Assembly (NCBI GenBank): GCA_002633005.1
Contig: NMRA01000209.1
Coordinates: 607,722 to 671,721 of the forward strand
Direction of reading: 5' to 3'
DNA: 64,000 nt
From: Phoronis australis
Lineage: Eukaryota; Animalia; Phoronida
Below the pieces are notes generated by a model, which was not told where the DNA came from, did no database searches, and was given only the letters and a program-made list of their open reading frames with translations. The position numbers were made by a program, and so were the translations under genes. Shown piece by piece: positions 38,163 to 51,000 of this stretch (position 1 is its first letter; every line of letters starts with the position of its first letter).

Positions 38163-39499
38163 AGCTCATGTCCTGTGGGCAATAAACATAATAATTAGGC
38201 CCGTACTGTAAAAGCGCAGATACTTTTCATCAATTAGCGATTCGAGGCACCGATGGTTGCAAACTCTTCAAAGTGTAAACATCTCGTTGTCAAAAACGTT
38301 GTTTCTACGAAAATTCAACTCAAGCTTATTCACTCCCAAGCGTGAAGTCTGTACATTTCTTTAGAAATTATTAGTGTAACCAGAAAAGGTGTAACTATAT
38401 TTTTAACACGTATGATTGGGAACAGAGGAAAGTGGTGAATTTCGCTAAAAATTTTGTAGAAAACACTTGACGGGGTCACATTTTTATGAGGAAGTGGGTG
38501 CCTGCAACTCTGGTATCTTTGGTTGTGTGGACAAGTCACGGCTACTAATGCTCGTACTCTTACATCTGAAATAAGAATTTCACCTTTACACTGATTTTCT
38601 CCACAATTTATTTCAATCAACAAGATGCATTGGTGACATGTACTTATTGATCCTTTAATTAAGTAACTTCCGTTGTCGTTCACCGATAATCATTATCCAA
38701 CTTCTAGAATGTCTATAAAACACGAGGGGAAGACAGAACATAGAGTATGCAGTAAATAAAAAGGAAGCATCGCGCCTTATCTTGTTTACATGTTCTTCAA
38801 CAGTTAACCGGAATATTTCACTTCCCTATTTGTTCGAAACTTGTCACTCCGCACGCTGATGGATGGTTTGACTATACAAGAAGGCCAACACTATTCATGT
38901 GGTAGCGATAGCTCTCTCTCTCAAAAACAGCGGATATTGTTTTAACTTTGGCGACTGCGACGGGGATGTCATTGAAATGAAGCTGTACGGCGACACGGTA
39001 GCTTTTGTTCTCTAGATAATAAATGATTAGAACCAGAATAGAGAGGAAAAGTTAGATGTTGTATGCAACTCGTGATCAGCAACAATTAACTTGACGCGAT
39101 TCTTTCCTTCTTGTAATTTAATCGATTTGATATCAGAATGGCGTCAGGATGGAGGTGGTCCCCGTCCTTCTCTTCAACATAAGCATCAAAAAAAAGCGCG
39201 TTCACGACTACTGTTTGAACGGTCGATGATTACCTGACACGCTTTTCTTGATATTTTTTGATCATCCAGTCGCCAGGTGTCACTGTAAATAACTTCGTCG
39301 ACCAATAGGGCGGAGGTTGCGTCATGTATACACATGCCTGCCTAGCCTCTTTCCGTCCTCCAGCTTGCAGTCGGCTTCACGTAAGCCGAGTATACAGTGT
39401 ACCATTACTTTAAAAATGACCACAAAAGAGTGCTTCAGTTGTGGACTGTGTACGAAATCGACTAATGCCAAATACACTTCTATCACTTGCCCCTGCACC

Positions 39500-41366
39500 C
39501 CTAGGCCAAGTTTCATCATAGTAAATATCATTCTTCCCAAAAGTACTTGAAACCCCGTATAATAGAGATCAATTAAAACTGGTCCCTAGGGGGTGCTGCA
39601 GTGATCTAATCCGCATAAAAATCAACTGGTGCCGACACAATGTTGTCAGAATTTTCTGTGTCCACTTTCATCGAAATCCGTCCATCGGTTCTCTACACGT
39701 TAACCGGAAACGCTCTTCGGCCCAAAAATACTGAACAGCGCCACCTCTTCGGCCTTCTAGGCAAGACAATTTTAACATGTTCCCGTGCAGCGCCCTATCG
39801 ATGCCCTGTATTTTTTTCCAACTGTCATCAAAATATGACCAAGGGTGTTTGAGATAACGAGCAGACTATAGAACAACCGAAGAAAACAGCCAACTGGGGG
39901 TGCTGCTGCCCTATAGCTTTTTCGAAAGTCGAATAGTGTGGCGCATTGCCGCCATAAATATCTCTGACAATCCATAACAATCAGCCACTCCGTTCTCTAG
40001 ATATCCGGAAGCCCTCTTCTCAAAACTATTCAAAACCTCTTATATGGACACAATTCTCTACATGTAAGTCAAAATTTAATTGAAATTTCTCCATCGGTTA
40101 TGTGTTTATCATCAGGAAACACTCTTCACACCAAAATACCAAAAGCTCCTCGCCCCCTCTGGTCCAGCGACGGGAGTGTTTAATAAGTAGCATGTACTAC
40201 CCTTGTGATGCCCTTAACCAATGTGCAAAACTTAATCAAAGACGAGTCAAGTCGTTTTGGGATATGGAATGGAACCTGTGTAAACCCCCGACAACCGGAC
40301 GCCCGGGTATAAGTAGAATGGCGGCAACATGCGACCACATAAATGTGCACACCTGTTTGCGCCTATTAAGGCTTCAACGTTAGATTCGCTGACCAGTTGT
40401 CGTCCATGTGAAATGGCGACTTATATGGAGAAAACATTTATCTAAATCGCCCAGCAAATCTCTTACACACTTCATTACCAGCGGTTATTGTCTAAGGCTG
40501 CGTCAAGTGATCGATGTGGGTAGAGCGATAGTCAATCTGGCGACTGGTTAATTTCCCAGTTGAGTGGCAGTTAGAGTACAGTACCAGTACGGAAGTCGCT
40601 TCCATATCAGAACTAGGGTTGCGTTCCGTAAACGCAAGAAACTCATGAAAACGCAAGATTACCGCCAGATGTCCCGTTTGTCGCACTGGACTTTTCTCGC
40701 GAACGTTTTAAGGAGGCACAGAACAGTTCTCACTGGGTTTTGGCCCAGCAAAACACACATCACTTGATTTGTCACCTTTTCTTCACTCTGTCAAAAACAG
40801 GATGCAAACAATGACATGTTTTCAATTATTTCACATAAAAAGCCCTGCAGATGAGCACAGAAACTTTATTCTCTCTTGTATTTTTGACCCTTTCATTCCC
40901 ACTGAAAACCAAGCTATACTAAGAAAAATAAGGGCAAACAAATGCAAAATTGGTACTTTTCACCTCAAAAACACCACTTCCCTGCCGGCCGATGCACGAC
41001 TAAAGCCAACATTAGAGTCTGAAAGCAAATTTCCTACCGATTTCGAAAATGTGATCCAAAAGTACTGTCAACCAACTAGTTTTTTGGCAATTCTTGCTTG
41101 TTTGAGGGCCACTTAAAATCACAGCCAATTTCTCAGTCGCTACCCAGCAATGCACAATTGCAGCCGGGGGCCGCCATCTTGAAGAAGAGTGCAGCTACAG
41201 CCAAGAAAGTTGCCTTTTTTATTCACAGCATGTTCACAAATACAAACAAACCACATTCACTGAGCCTACGTGCAATGCCCACCTATGAAATGCCCCCAAA
41301 CTTGACCTACCCCAAAATTTTAATATTTTGGCAGTGCAAATTGGCCGCGGCCGCAGCCTAACTATT
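39500..41366 (+). repeat. Possible non-autonomous Helitron/Helentron-like repeat
   Basis: Internal repeated GGGGGTGCTGC (~39589, ~39896) and a terminal GC palindrome GGCCGCGGCC followed by CTATT. Boundaries and class are uncertain. Confidence 0.25.
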
Positions 41367-44300
41367 CAGTGCCACCTTAACATTAGGTCTATACGTAACG
41401 TTGCCAGCTCTAATACACTCTCTTAGCAGTAAGACAGAACTCAGATCGGCGTGTAGGACACCTTTGTGCAACATTCGATTATCAGCCACCGTGCATACAA
41501 ACTAGTGTTAATGAACGTTCAACGTTTGTTCACCCATCAAAATCCACGATAACGTTGTCCTATTACATAAACATTTACACGCATCTGGAGTCACTCCGTA
41601 CTTTCGCGTTTAAAGGTAACACTCCCCATAAACGTATGAATTAAAATTCAAAATTTAAAACTGCTAGTTGTGCTTATTTGTTAATTTCTTATAGAAAGTT
41701 AAACCTTGTGTGTTTTCCCCATTTTTACGATTGGCAAGTTAAACACCCCTGATAAATATACACATAGGCATTATTTAGATAAGATGGTTTCTCGTTGTGC
41801 CACAAACAGCGACACTATCGGTGACAATTGTAAATACTTGATATCAAATCCAAGGCGGATTCGCACAACGACCTCGGAGCTAGAGCAAATAGAGTTAAAA
41901 GCCAATCGTTGACCCTTATAAGGTTACCAGCCTCGATTTCAGTTAATTCCTTCTAATGACTGATCAAGTCAACATCTGTTATCTGCGATTTCTAATAAAA
42001 TCACAAAATGCACAACGGATTCAGTTGTTATAAAGCTCATTTCTGGGTTGTATAAACTCTTTATTTCTCATTACAGCTAATATCCGTATAAGTATGTGGA
42101 TTTCCGATTGCTGGTAAGCAAAACACAATTATCTCATTATCATAATCAATAAAAGCGAAAAAATTGGTAGCTTTCATTTAGACCACGATCGCTAAGTTTC
42201 GGATTTTTAGCGAGATGCAGTAAGAAATTTACAGTGAGCTAACGAGAAGAAAAAAGTAGCTCAAAGAAGACGTGATAAAATCATAAGCGGATGCTTACTA
42301 AATTACGTTTTCGTAATGAATACAAATTCAATTCGAGCAGTATTTGAATTTCCAAATTTTCATAATTTTTGAAATACACAAGAAAAACAAAAGGTTCAAG
42401 TCTTGAATCTCAGTGTTTCAAACGTCAATTCCTGACGCACGCGAGCGATCATGCTTACCAAAAAGAGTGTAACAACTCAGTTGATGAACTAGATCTCGAA
42501 CGACAAAACCTATTATCCGGACATTGCCTTCATACCAACCACCGACCTTTAACAAAGACGGGCAAAGGGTCGATTGTTACGGTCTGTAAATTCTATCGAT
42601 ACTGCAGACATTGTCATCTAATAAGGTTTGAAAACCAGAATTAATAGAAAATCAAAACAGTTTAACTCTGTACTTCTTAGCAAAACTTGACATAAAATTC
42701 AATATTTTTATCCATCATGACCGACGATCCCTGCACAGATTCTACGATTTGGACTACTGTACATCTAGAAAACTAAATTCTTTACCCAATTCGTCAACAG
42801 TGAAGTCAACGCCTAATCTTAGTGCATTACCACAAAACTGAATCTAAGTCAGCGGTTTTTACGTTTTGAATGTGCATGACCGGTTTCTTAAAGATTCGCC
42901 GCATTCTGGCCCAGACTTTTCCCAACATAATGTCATAATTTTTGTCTTCATTCATATATTTTTGAAAACGATGGGTTGCACTAAAAATATTGAAGCAATT
43001 TTGTTTGAAGTAAACTTGGATATTTTGATTACATCTTTCTCTTTGTAAATGTGTTGAACAGAACTCTTAGTTTAATTTTACGGTGTAGAGTAATATTTGG
43101 CTCTCCTGAGTGCGTAAAATTCAAATTTTTGGTTTGATATCTTGACTTAAGAACAAGGATTTTCGTCGCATCAAATGTTTACGGCCATCGAATTTTGGCA
43201 AACATAACACTTAAGCTCTTTCTGTTCTATTTTGCGTAATAGTCATTTACACAGGTACCACATTTTGAGAACCAGTTTTCTACATGCATTTTCTTAGTTT
43301 TTGAGGTTTCAGTTCGCTAATATGAAATGAATATCATGAAATTTAACTAAATAAATACTTTAGATGTCAAATCAGTGCGATTTTTTATTTTTTGAAGAAA
43401 AGGGTATTTCTAAGTTAACCGCCAAATGGTGCAATGGGTGGAAGGCCCCCCCCCCCCACCCCAGTATCGCACTGGTATAAAAAGCGACGACGGAGACGGT
43501 TTTCCATCCATTACGTACAGAAATTTAAGTTTTTGGTTTGTTTCTTAACAACAGGTATACTAAAGACTACTAAATCTTTTAAAGTGTATTAATAAAATTC
43601 TTTTTGGGACACAGGATCGTGGTGGGAACTCTTTAAAGGGTTGGCCAATCCATAAAATTGCGAACAAATCAAAAATGGCGCCGTGTACGCACATTGCCTG
43701 TAACTTGAGACGGTGATAGAAGAATTATCCTATCAACGTACATTTAAGGAATATTATGAGACCAATTACATAAGAGTAAAAGGCCTAATTCATTTTTTGT
43801 TTTCAGACGGCTAAACAGGACAAAATACATCTTTACGCATTGCCAAAAGGCTTGAAACAAAAATGTTTAGGTTTGGTCAAGTAATCTACATTAGGTGATA
43901 CACGCTGAAAAGAGTATGCCGGATAGTAGCCAAGAGCCGCAATATCCGGGTTCTCTGCAGTCAGTGTGTTACAGTACATGGCCATCACTGACTATATTGA
44001 ATATCTCAATAAGTAATATGGCTATTTAAAAACCCATCGAGATTTTCTGCGGTATATTATTAACATTCTCGTCGTCCCTGTTTGAAGAGAAAGCGCTTGG
44101 TAATTGCAAAATAATTGCAGCACATCCTGCTGCTACTTGTGACTGTCTTCGCATTTCACTTTGTGGAAGCTACTCAAGAATATCATCACGGATTTCCTTT
44201 TACTTTGCCGCTCTATGATTTTTGAGTGAATATCATATCGGCACCTAATTGAGTTTACTCAATGTTGTGTACAGCAATCTGAAGGATTTTCTATTACGTG

Positions 44301-44819
44301 GGAGTTCAATCGAGTTGTACATTATGTTGGACGCCTGTCTATAATTAGATCCCATACCATAAGCCCCAATTGATATCTTCGCGATATTTAAAATGTAAGG
44401 CCAATAACAATTAACGTACAATTTTGTCTCGTGTAGACTGGCGCACATCAAACTATATACATGCAACTTCGGTTGTACTGAACCTTATTGACTCTACTGT
44501 ACATTAAACCAAGTATCTACAAAACTATAGAATTTGACTCTGCAAAAGTACATATTTTCTGAATGTAGAAACTCTGTACAATTTCATTTTTGAGTTTTTA
44601 CCAGTCTGCCAATAATTAGATTTCCTGGACATGCTTTTTAGTAAAACTCACTAAAAAGGTAAATTCATAGCAAAACCGTAGAATCAATTGCATATGCAAA
44701 TTTCATATGATATAAATGTTAAAGATAAAATATCAGCTCTGTAACTGTTTTCTTAATTATCCTTTCGTTTTCCTTATTTGCACCATTAAAGCGTTTTTAT
44801 AAAAATCGTACTTCTTGGT

Positions 44820-45057
44820 ATATATATAATTGCAGGCGGTCTGGTACACGTTGTACCAGACGTGCGCAGGCCGGGCATGTGGGCCCATTGTACTGATCAC
44901 TTGGAAATATTTTTTGTGCTTTATTAATATATAGTTAAAACCGAGCTGAGGAGCTAGAAACCTGACTCAATGGTCTAGCAGTGTGACCCAGTGGGACTCG
45001 AACCCACGACCTCGAGTAATGAAGGCGGGCACCATCAAACTAGGCCACACTGCCTCC
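44820..45057 (-). mobile_element. tRNA-derived SINE-like repeat
   Basis: Minus strand: A-box-like TGGCCTAGTTTG, perfect T-arm GTGGG-TTCGAGT-CCCAC; downstream palindrome GTCTGGTACA..TGTACCAGAC (44839-44861) and (TA)n. The lower boundary is approximate. Confidence 0.6.
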
Positions 45058-45763
45058 TCTTGGTACATGTAGCACCTCATACGAAAGTGGAACATTTTAC
45101 AAACAATTCCTATCAGTGTTTTGGAGTACAGTGCATGAGGCATAGTGGTACCGGAAAGTTTCATGTGAAATACGACCAACTATTTCTGGGATAAATATTT
45201 CGTAGTTGGACAAAAATTTGTCATTTCGGTGGGGTCCTAGATGATGTTAAGTTGCAGAGTGCACAGTCGTAATCGTATCATCAAGTGGAGAAATTTTCTG
45301 GAAAATATAATATCGGAAAACTCACTCTTAAGTAGATCGGTCACAAAAGCTACATTGTATGTCACTGGGAACTTAACTTACATTAATGCAGTAACATGCC
45401 TTCAAATAAACGCGGTGGTCCTGTCTTAGCGCATGTTTTGTGACTTGCGCAAGGGATTGTCAGTCATGTCCCTGTGCGTTGCCATCATGTCTAGCGCATT
45501 TATCCTGACTGAAAATTCAGTCACCGGGTGGCGAGACCGCCCGACCCCAAGTCGGCTCACCAAGGACTGGCAAATAGCTTCTGGTGAGTCCGCTTAAAAA
45601 TAGTTCGGCAAAAGAGACAAAGGAGCAATAAAGCCTTGTTACCAAAATCATAAATGTTGTTTGGCATTGTTTCTGATGCTTGTAAATTCTTGATAGTGTC
45701 ATGCTTTTTTCGTCTAAAAATATCGCTTATGGTAACTGGAGGGAGATGACTCAGATCTACATA

Positions 45764-46037
45764 AGCGGATTAAGGTGTGACCCAGGTGGCCCCCTCCCCC
45801 TCCTTTGGCTGCCACAAGCAAAATGAAACAGCAACACAGCAACAGCGTGAAGCGTGAGGAAACATTGAGTATACGTGTAGGAGGAAAGAGCGGTAGCGGA
45901 CAAAGGGGAGGGGAACCGGACGCGGAATAGAAGGTCTACATCCTCGGGCCCCGCAACTTTTGGGCCGCCTGTGCACGTACGATCGCGCTTTTCCCAATTC
46001 CCCGAGGATGTTGGACCCCCCCCCCTATCCGCCACTG
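45764..46037. mobile_element. GC-rich MITE related by termini to 7502-7658/16549-16713
   Basis: GCGGATTAAGG start, CCCCCCTATCCGCCACTG end, GC-rich interior with GGGCCC motif. Confidence 0.55.
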
Positions 46038-46189
46038 TGACGCATACAATTAACATAGTACTGACGAAGTCAAGGAAAGACCACGAGCTTATAATTCTTT
46101 CACTTTCAAACCAGCACTCCTTTTCTGCCGCAGTTGAAATCGGAAGTGTAATAATGCACAAATTTACTTTTAGCTTTACCAGAAGATGG

Positions 46190-48058
46190 CAGACTACGAA
46201 AGCGACAAGCACCCTACGGTTTCGGTGGAAGTATGTATGAAAACTTTCTAGCCTGTTCTTATCTGTTTGAAAGTCACACTTGGTAGCGTAAAACAAGCCT
46301 TTGCTAAAATGAGTACTTCCTGGAGAGTCGTTATTTGTTTTTGATTTTATGCTAGTCAGAAGAAATAATTCAAGTTCACTGGCTGGAATCTATTTTTTCT
46401 ACTCGAGTAACGAGAAAGATAATATCCTGGGCTCTGGTGTGAGAAAAGTTGACAATTCTTCTTTTCCAGTTCTGTTCCCAGTCCCGAGTGGCTTTTTTGC
46501 GTTTTCAATCGTTCAACTTGATGGTAGCTTCAAGTTCTATTCTTATTGAGACCATTGTGGTTTCAAAACTGCGAGCAGTCTAGCTTTTAGTAGGAAATCG
46601 TGTAGCACATTTAACATCAATGGTTCTAAAACGTTATTTTTTTATTCTGCACCCTGTCCTATGAAAGATCAAGCCGTTCCCTGTACATTATGAATAATAG
46701 GCTTCTAAAGCGGTTAGTTTTTGTTGATACTGTAATCGCTAAAAGCACACTAAGGAGCACATGTACGCCAAATTCATTTAATACTATCTTATCATTACAA
46801 AAAGTGTGTTTTTTCTTACAGTATGGTTTACAAAAAGGACGATGCCAATCAACGCTGCCGTACAACATGGTATGTGTCCCACATTTCTATATTCAATGCT
46901 AATGAGCAATTTATTTTCACGCCTCCTACCTTAATGATGTGTAGATGGTCGTCTGCATGTTTCATAGANCAGACTACGAAAGCGACAAGCACCCTACGGT
47001 TTCGGTGGAAGTATGTATGAAAACTTTCTAGCCTGTTCTTATCTGTTTGAAAGTCACACTTAGTAGCGCAACTAAAACAAGCCTTTGCTAAAAAGAGTAC
47101 TTCCTGGAGAGTCGTTATTTGTTTTTGATTTTATGCTAGTCAGAAGAAATAATTCAAGTTCCCTGGCTGGAATCTATTTTTTCTACTCGAATTCGAAATC
47201 AAAATTATTTTTGGCATTTGCCGTTCTACTTTTGTGCGAACTCAAGCTAAGAGGTCATTATTCTGTGCTCCAGTATATTACGGGTTTATGAAAATGAGTT
47301 TGTATCCCAAGTTCGCAGTTGATGACTCCAAGATTCGAGCTAAAATTTGAGTAAAGCTCGGCATTTCGACTAAAAGTTCGAAATTTCGAGTTCAGACAGT
47401 TTTCCTTGTAAGCCATAATATACTCGATCATAGAATAATAGACACTCGTCTTGAGTTCAAACAAAAGTAAAATAGAAAATGCCAAAAGTAATTATAACGA
47501 GAAAGATAATATCCTGGGCTCTGGTGTGAGAAAAGTTGACAATTCTTCTTTTCCAGTTCTGTTCCCAGTCCCGAGTGGCTTTTTTGCGTTAAATCGTTCA
47601 ACTTGTTTGATGGTAGCCTCAGGTTCTATTCTTATTGACACCATTGTGGTTTCAAAACTGCGAGCAGTCTAGCTTTTAGTAGGAAATCGTGTAGCAAATT
47701 TAACATCAATGGTTCTAAAACGTTATTTTTTTGATTCTGCACCCTGTCCTATGAAAGATCAAGCCGTTCCCTGTACATTATGGAAAATAGGCTTCTAAAG
47801 CGGTTAGTTTTTGTTGATACTGTAATCGCTAAAAGCACACTAAGGAGTACATGTACGCCAAATTCATATAATACTATCTTATCATTACAAAAAGTGTGTT
47901 TTTTCTTACAGTATGGTTTACAAAAAGGACGATGCCAATCAACGCTGCCGTACAACATGGTATGTGTCCCACATTTCTATATTCAATGCTAATGAGCAAT
48001 TTATTTTCACGCCTCCTACCTTAAAGATGTGTAGATGGTCGTCTGCATGTTTCATAGA
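46190..48058. repeat. Tandem duplication around a single N (probable uncollapsed haplotypes)
   Basis: 46190-46968 and 46970-48058 are near-identical, N at 46969; the second copy has ~300 extra bp. Confidence 0.92.
47203..47493. mobile_element. MITE with ~45-bp TIRs, present in only one of the duplicated copies
   Basis: AATTATTTTTGGCATTTGCCGTTCTACTTTTGTGCGAACTCAAG versus right end reverse-complemented AATTACTTTTGGCATTTTCTATTTTACTTTTGTTTGAACTCAAG. Confidence 0.8.
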
Positions 48059-51000
48059 CTTGCTGCCCTGTTAACACGAAACCCTAATCATTACCTAATT
48101 CTTATAATATTACCCGTCTGTTGTTGGCACACTTGTAGGTCGATCATCGCACATTAAATCTCTGTCTCTCTGATTAATTAAGCTGTAATTTTCTCAATCA
48201 ATTTATTCCTGACAATAAGCGATATATAAAAGCTGCCATAAATTAGATCGCATTATATCGATGTCAAGTTTGCATGCTATCTATTAATCCTTGAATTGGC
48301 TATTTTGCAACAAATATACTACTTCTATTGATAAACACAGGAGCGAATAAATATGTGTTGATCATGACGATAGCAATTGGAACACCAATGTTGTCATATT
48401 TTCAAGGATTAAACCGAAGTGGTTCTCCGTCTGGCGCTGCAAGTGTTCAAATTAAATCCACAGTGGGTAGGTCTGGGCAGTTGTTCTAGTCGTAAATTGG
48501 TGAAAATGCGAAACCATTTGAACGAACTAATGGGGATTCAATTTCAATCGATTTTAAGGTCAAAGCAAAGAGCATAGTTGGTTCTGGTCTTTACCCAAAT
48601 AATTTTGACATTTGCGCTCACTGGCTAAAAGAAAAAAGCGCCTGTCCGGGTCAGTTTCAGTCATGTTCCTTTTTGTAAATTTCGATGGACTGCAATGGCA
48701 GCGCAAAAAATACTGCAATACTTGCCGCGACATTTACGACTTGTCGTTGCTTTTGTGCATCTGTATAATGAACTGCGTGTAGTTTTCCTCCGATTCTCGT
48801 TTTTTTTTGCCACATTCCTTCGTTAGTTCAGCAACTCTTTCGTGGAACGGATCACCAAGCTACATGTACGCTACGGCGTCCACGTCCTCGAGGCCTGTTT
48901 TGCTAGTCTCAGTTTATTTTCAAACCGGTACAGGGGCACAATATGCTTACTGTTGGGTCCGAGTAGGGACGGCCCGAATCGGCAGCCATAGAATTCTCAT
49001 TCGTCCTGGAGATAAGAAAGCGAGCGACCAAATTTTGGAAATCGGGCGTATTTTCATGTCTCATTTATGTCGTAAAGGCAAAGAATTTCAGATCACGCGT
49101 TCACGGGTATTTGTCCAATATATCAAACTTTCACGTCGGAGTTGAAGACCACAGCACAACAGTAATACGTTTTTGTCTTTCGAAAGACGAATAGAGTAAT
49201 GCAACCGAGAAAAACTTGTGAAGAATCAGACAACAACAATTAACCCCATGTAAAACTCCAAAGGCACGAAAACGAGGCAGCAAATGTGCTTGGAGGATAT
49301 TTACCGCATGGTACTAGGTATGTAATCCGCCCTATTGGTGGCATTGCGTCCCACGAGTCACTTCTCTTGTTGGAAATGACGCTTGCCGAGACATTGTTCA
49401 GTCACGGACTTTCATTCTGCGCCTTATGAAAAGACTCTTCTCTTGAGAACCATAATGGCCTCATTTTCCCTTCCAAAGTTATATATAGTCTTGTTGATGT
49501 AAGTTGAAACTATGTCAAGACTTGCTTTTCCTTATAAAGTTTTACATGTGATGTCACAGGGACTGTTATGTAGATTGACTAACAACGTCAGATAGCAACG
49601 CCAATGTTGTGATCGATTGACCACGCTATGACCCCAATGCCTGAGAATTTGGGGACAGTCAAGTCTAATCTTCCTGGCGGCTTGTCGTGAGACGACACGG
49701 TGTTGCCTCAGAACTCATATTCATCAAACGGTTTTGGAGAGCAACAGCATCTGACATTGGCGACATCTAGAGTTTCAAGAGACAGTTCTTGATCGTCGTT
49801 TGGAAAAATGATGTATTTTGTAGCGCCTTTTCCGTGTTTGTCGTTCCCAGTTGGTAACAAAACGGGAACTTTTTGATCACCGGCAAGAGTGGCACCAGCC
49901 TGCCCCCACGGAAACTGAATGAATATAAAACTGCACCACTTTCGCCTGTTTTAGGTGATGTTTTTGAAAGTAAGCGACTGTAGAAACACCGTACGGCAAC
50001 AAATAATTTTCAAAAACAGAACAGACCCCAACCAACTACATTTACAGATGTAGGCTTTTTGACACGTCACAAAATCCATCTAAAAATAGTGTTTCTTTTA
50101 GTCTAGAGTATATCTTTTCAGCCAAGTTTTCTTGCACGTATTGATCTCAAATTGTTTCTGAGTCAAGCTTGATATGGTTTCATGGCTTTAATTAGTTACT
50201 GCTTGAGATTGGACCCTTCAATTTGACGGGTCGCTGCGTGTCGTTTTCTGCACCATTGGTCTCGAGGAATAACGAAATATTAGTCACGTGCAAACCCAGA
50301 AATCATTCCTCATTGGAGTGCGGAAAAAATGATACGAATTTCGTAACGATGAGTGGTCTTAATCAAAAGTTCGATGGAACGAGAACTTACATTGTATAGA
50401 CGCGTTTAGCATCCGTGCGGTGCAAAACCGATCACTAAACCTGGCGATTTTATTCAAAGTCGCTCTGTTGCAAGGGTGTTATTGTCTATGGGTTCCAAAT
50501 AGGCTTCACTGCTAACCCTGCTGGAGCATTATGGTTTTTAAACATGAATCTTAATTATGAACGCCAATCAGTCTCTACCATGTATTTTCAGAATGCCGCT
50601 TTGGAAATTGCCTCAAGAAATATCTCGACTGCGAACGTGAAGGTTCAACGACTGAAGAATATTGGGCGTGTAGAAGATATAGATCTGCGTGTATTTCAGA
50701 GTGTGCACTCATGAGTAAACGAAAGTTATGATTCCGTGAGATTTTGTAATTCTGACAGTCTCTGCAAATCCTCAAGCGTTCAATTTTATATGGTTTATGT
50801 CAATAGTCTTGTTAACGAAAGTTTGTCTTGGTAATTTACAATTCTAGACGCCCAAGGTGCTCGCCTATACGTAGTACATGGACGGATAGGCTTAAAGAAT
50901 CCTTCACGCTTGAGTAATACCAACTAGTCAATCAGGATTAGCATTCCGTAGACCACGTTTATTGCGAGAAAAGCAAGATCACCAGACATCACGCAACATC

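Noticed and set aside
41609-43636. Possible TTAA-flanked element (TTAAAGG...CTTTAA)
   Set aside because: Terminal similarity is too short to distinguish from chance.
45757-46296. 179-aa ORF
   Set aside because: Runs through a GC-rich MITE and an assembly duplication; no recognisable domain.
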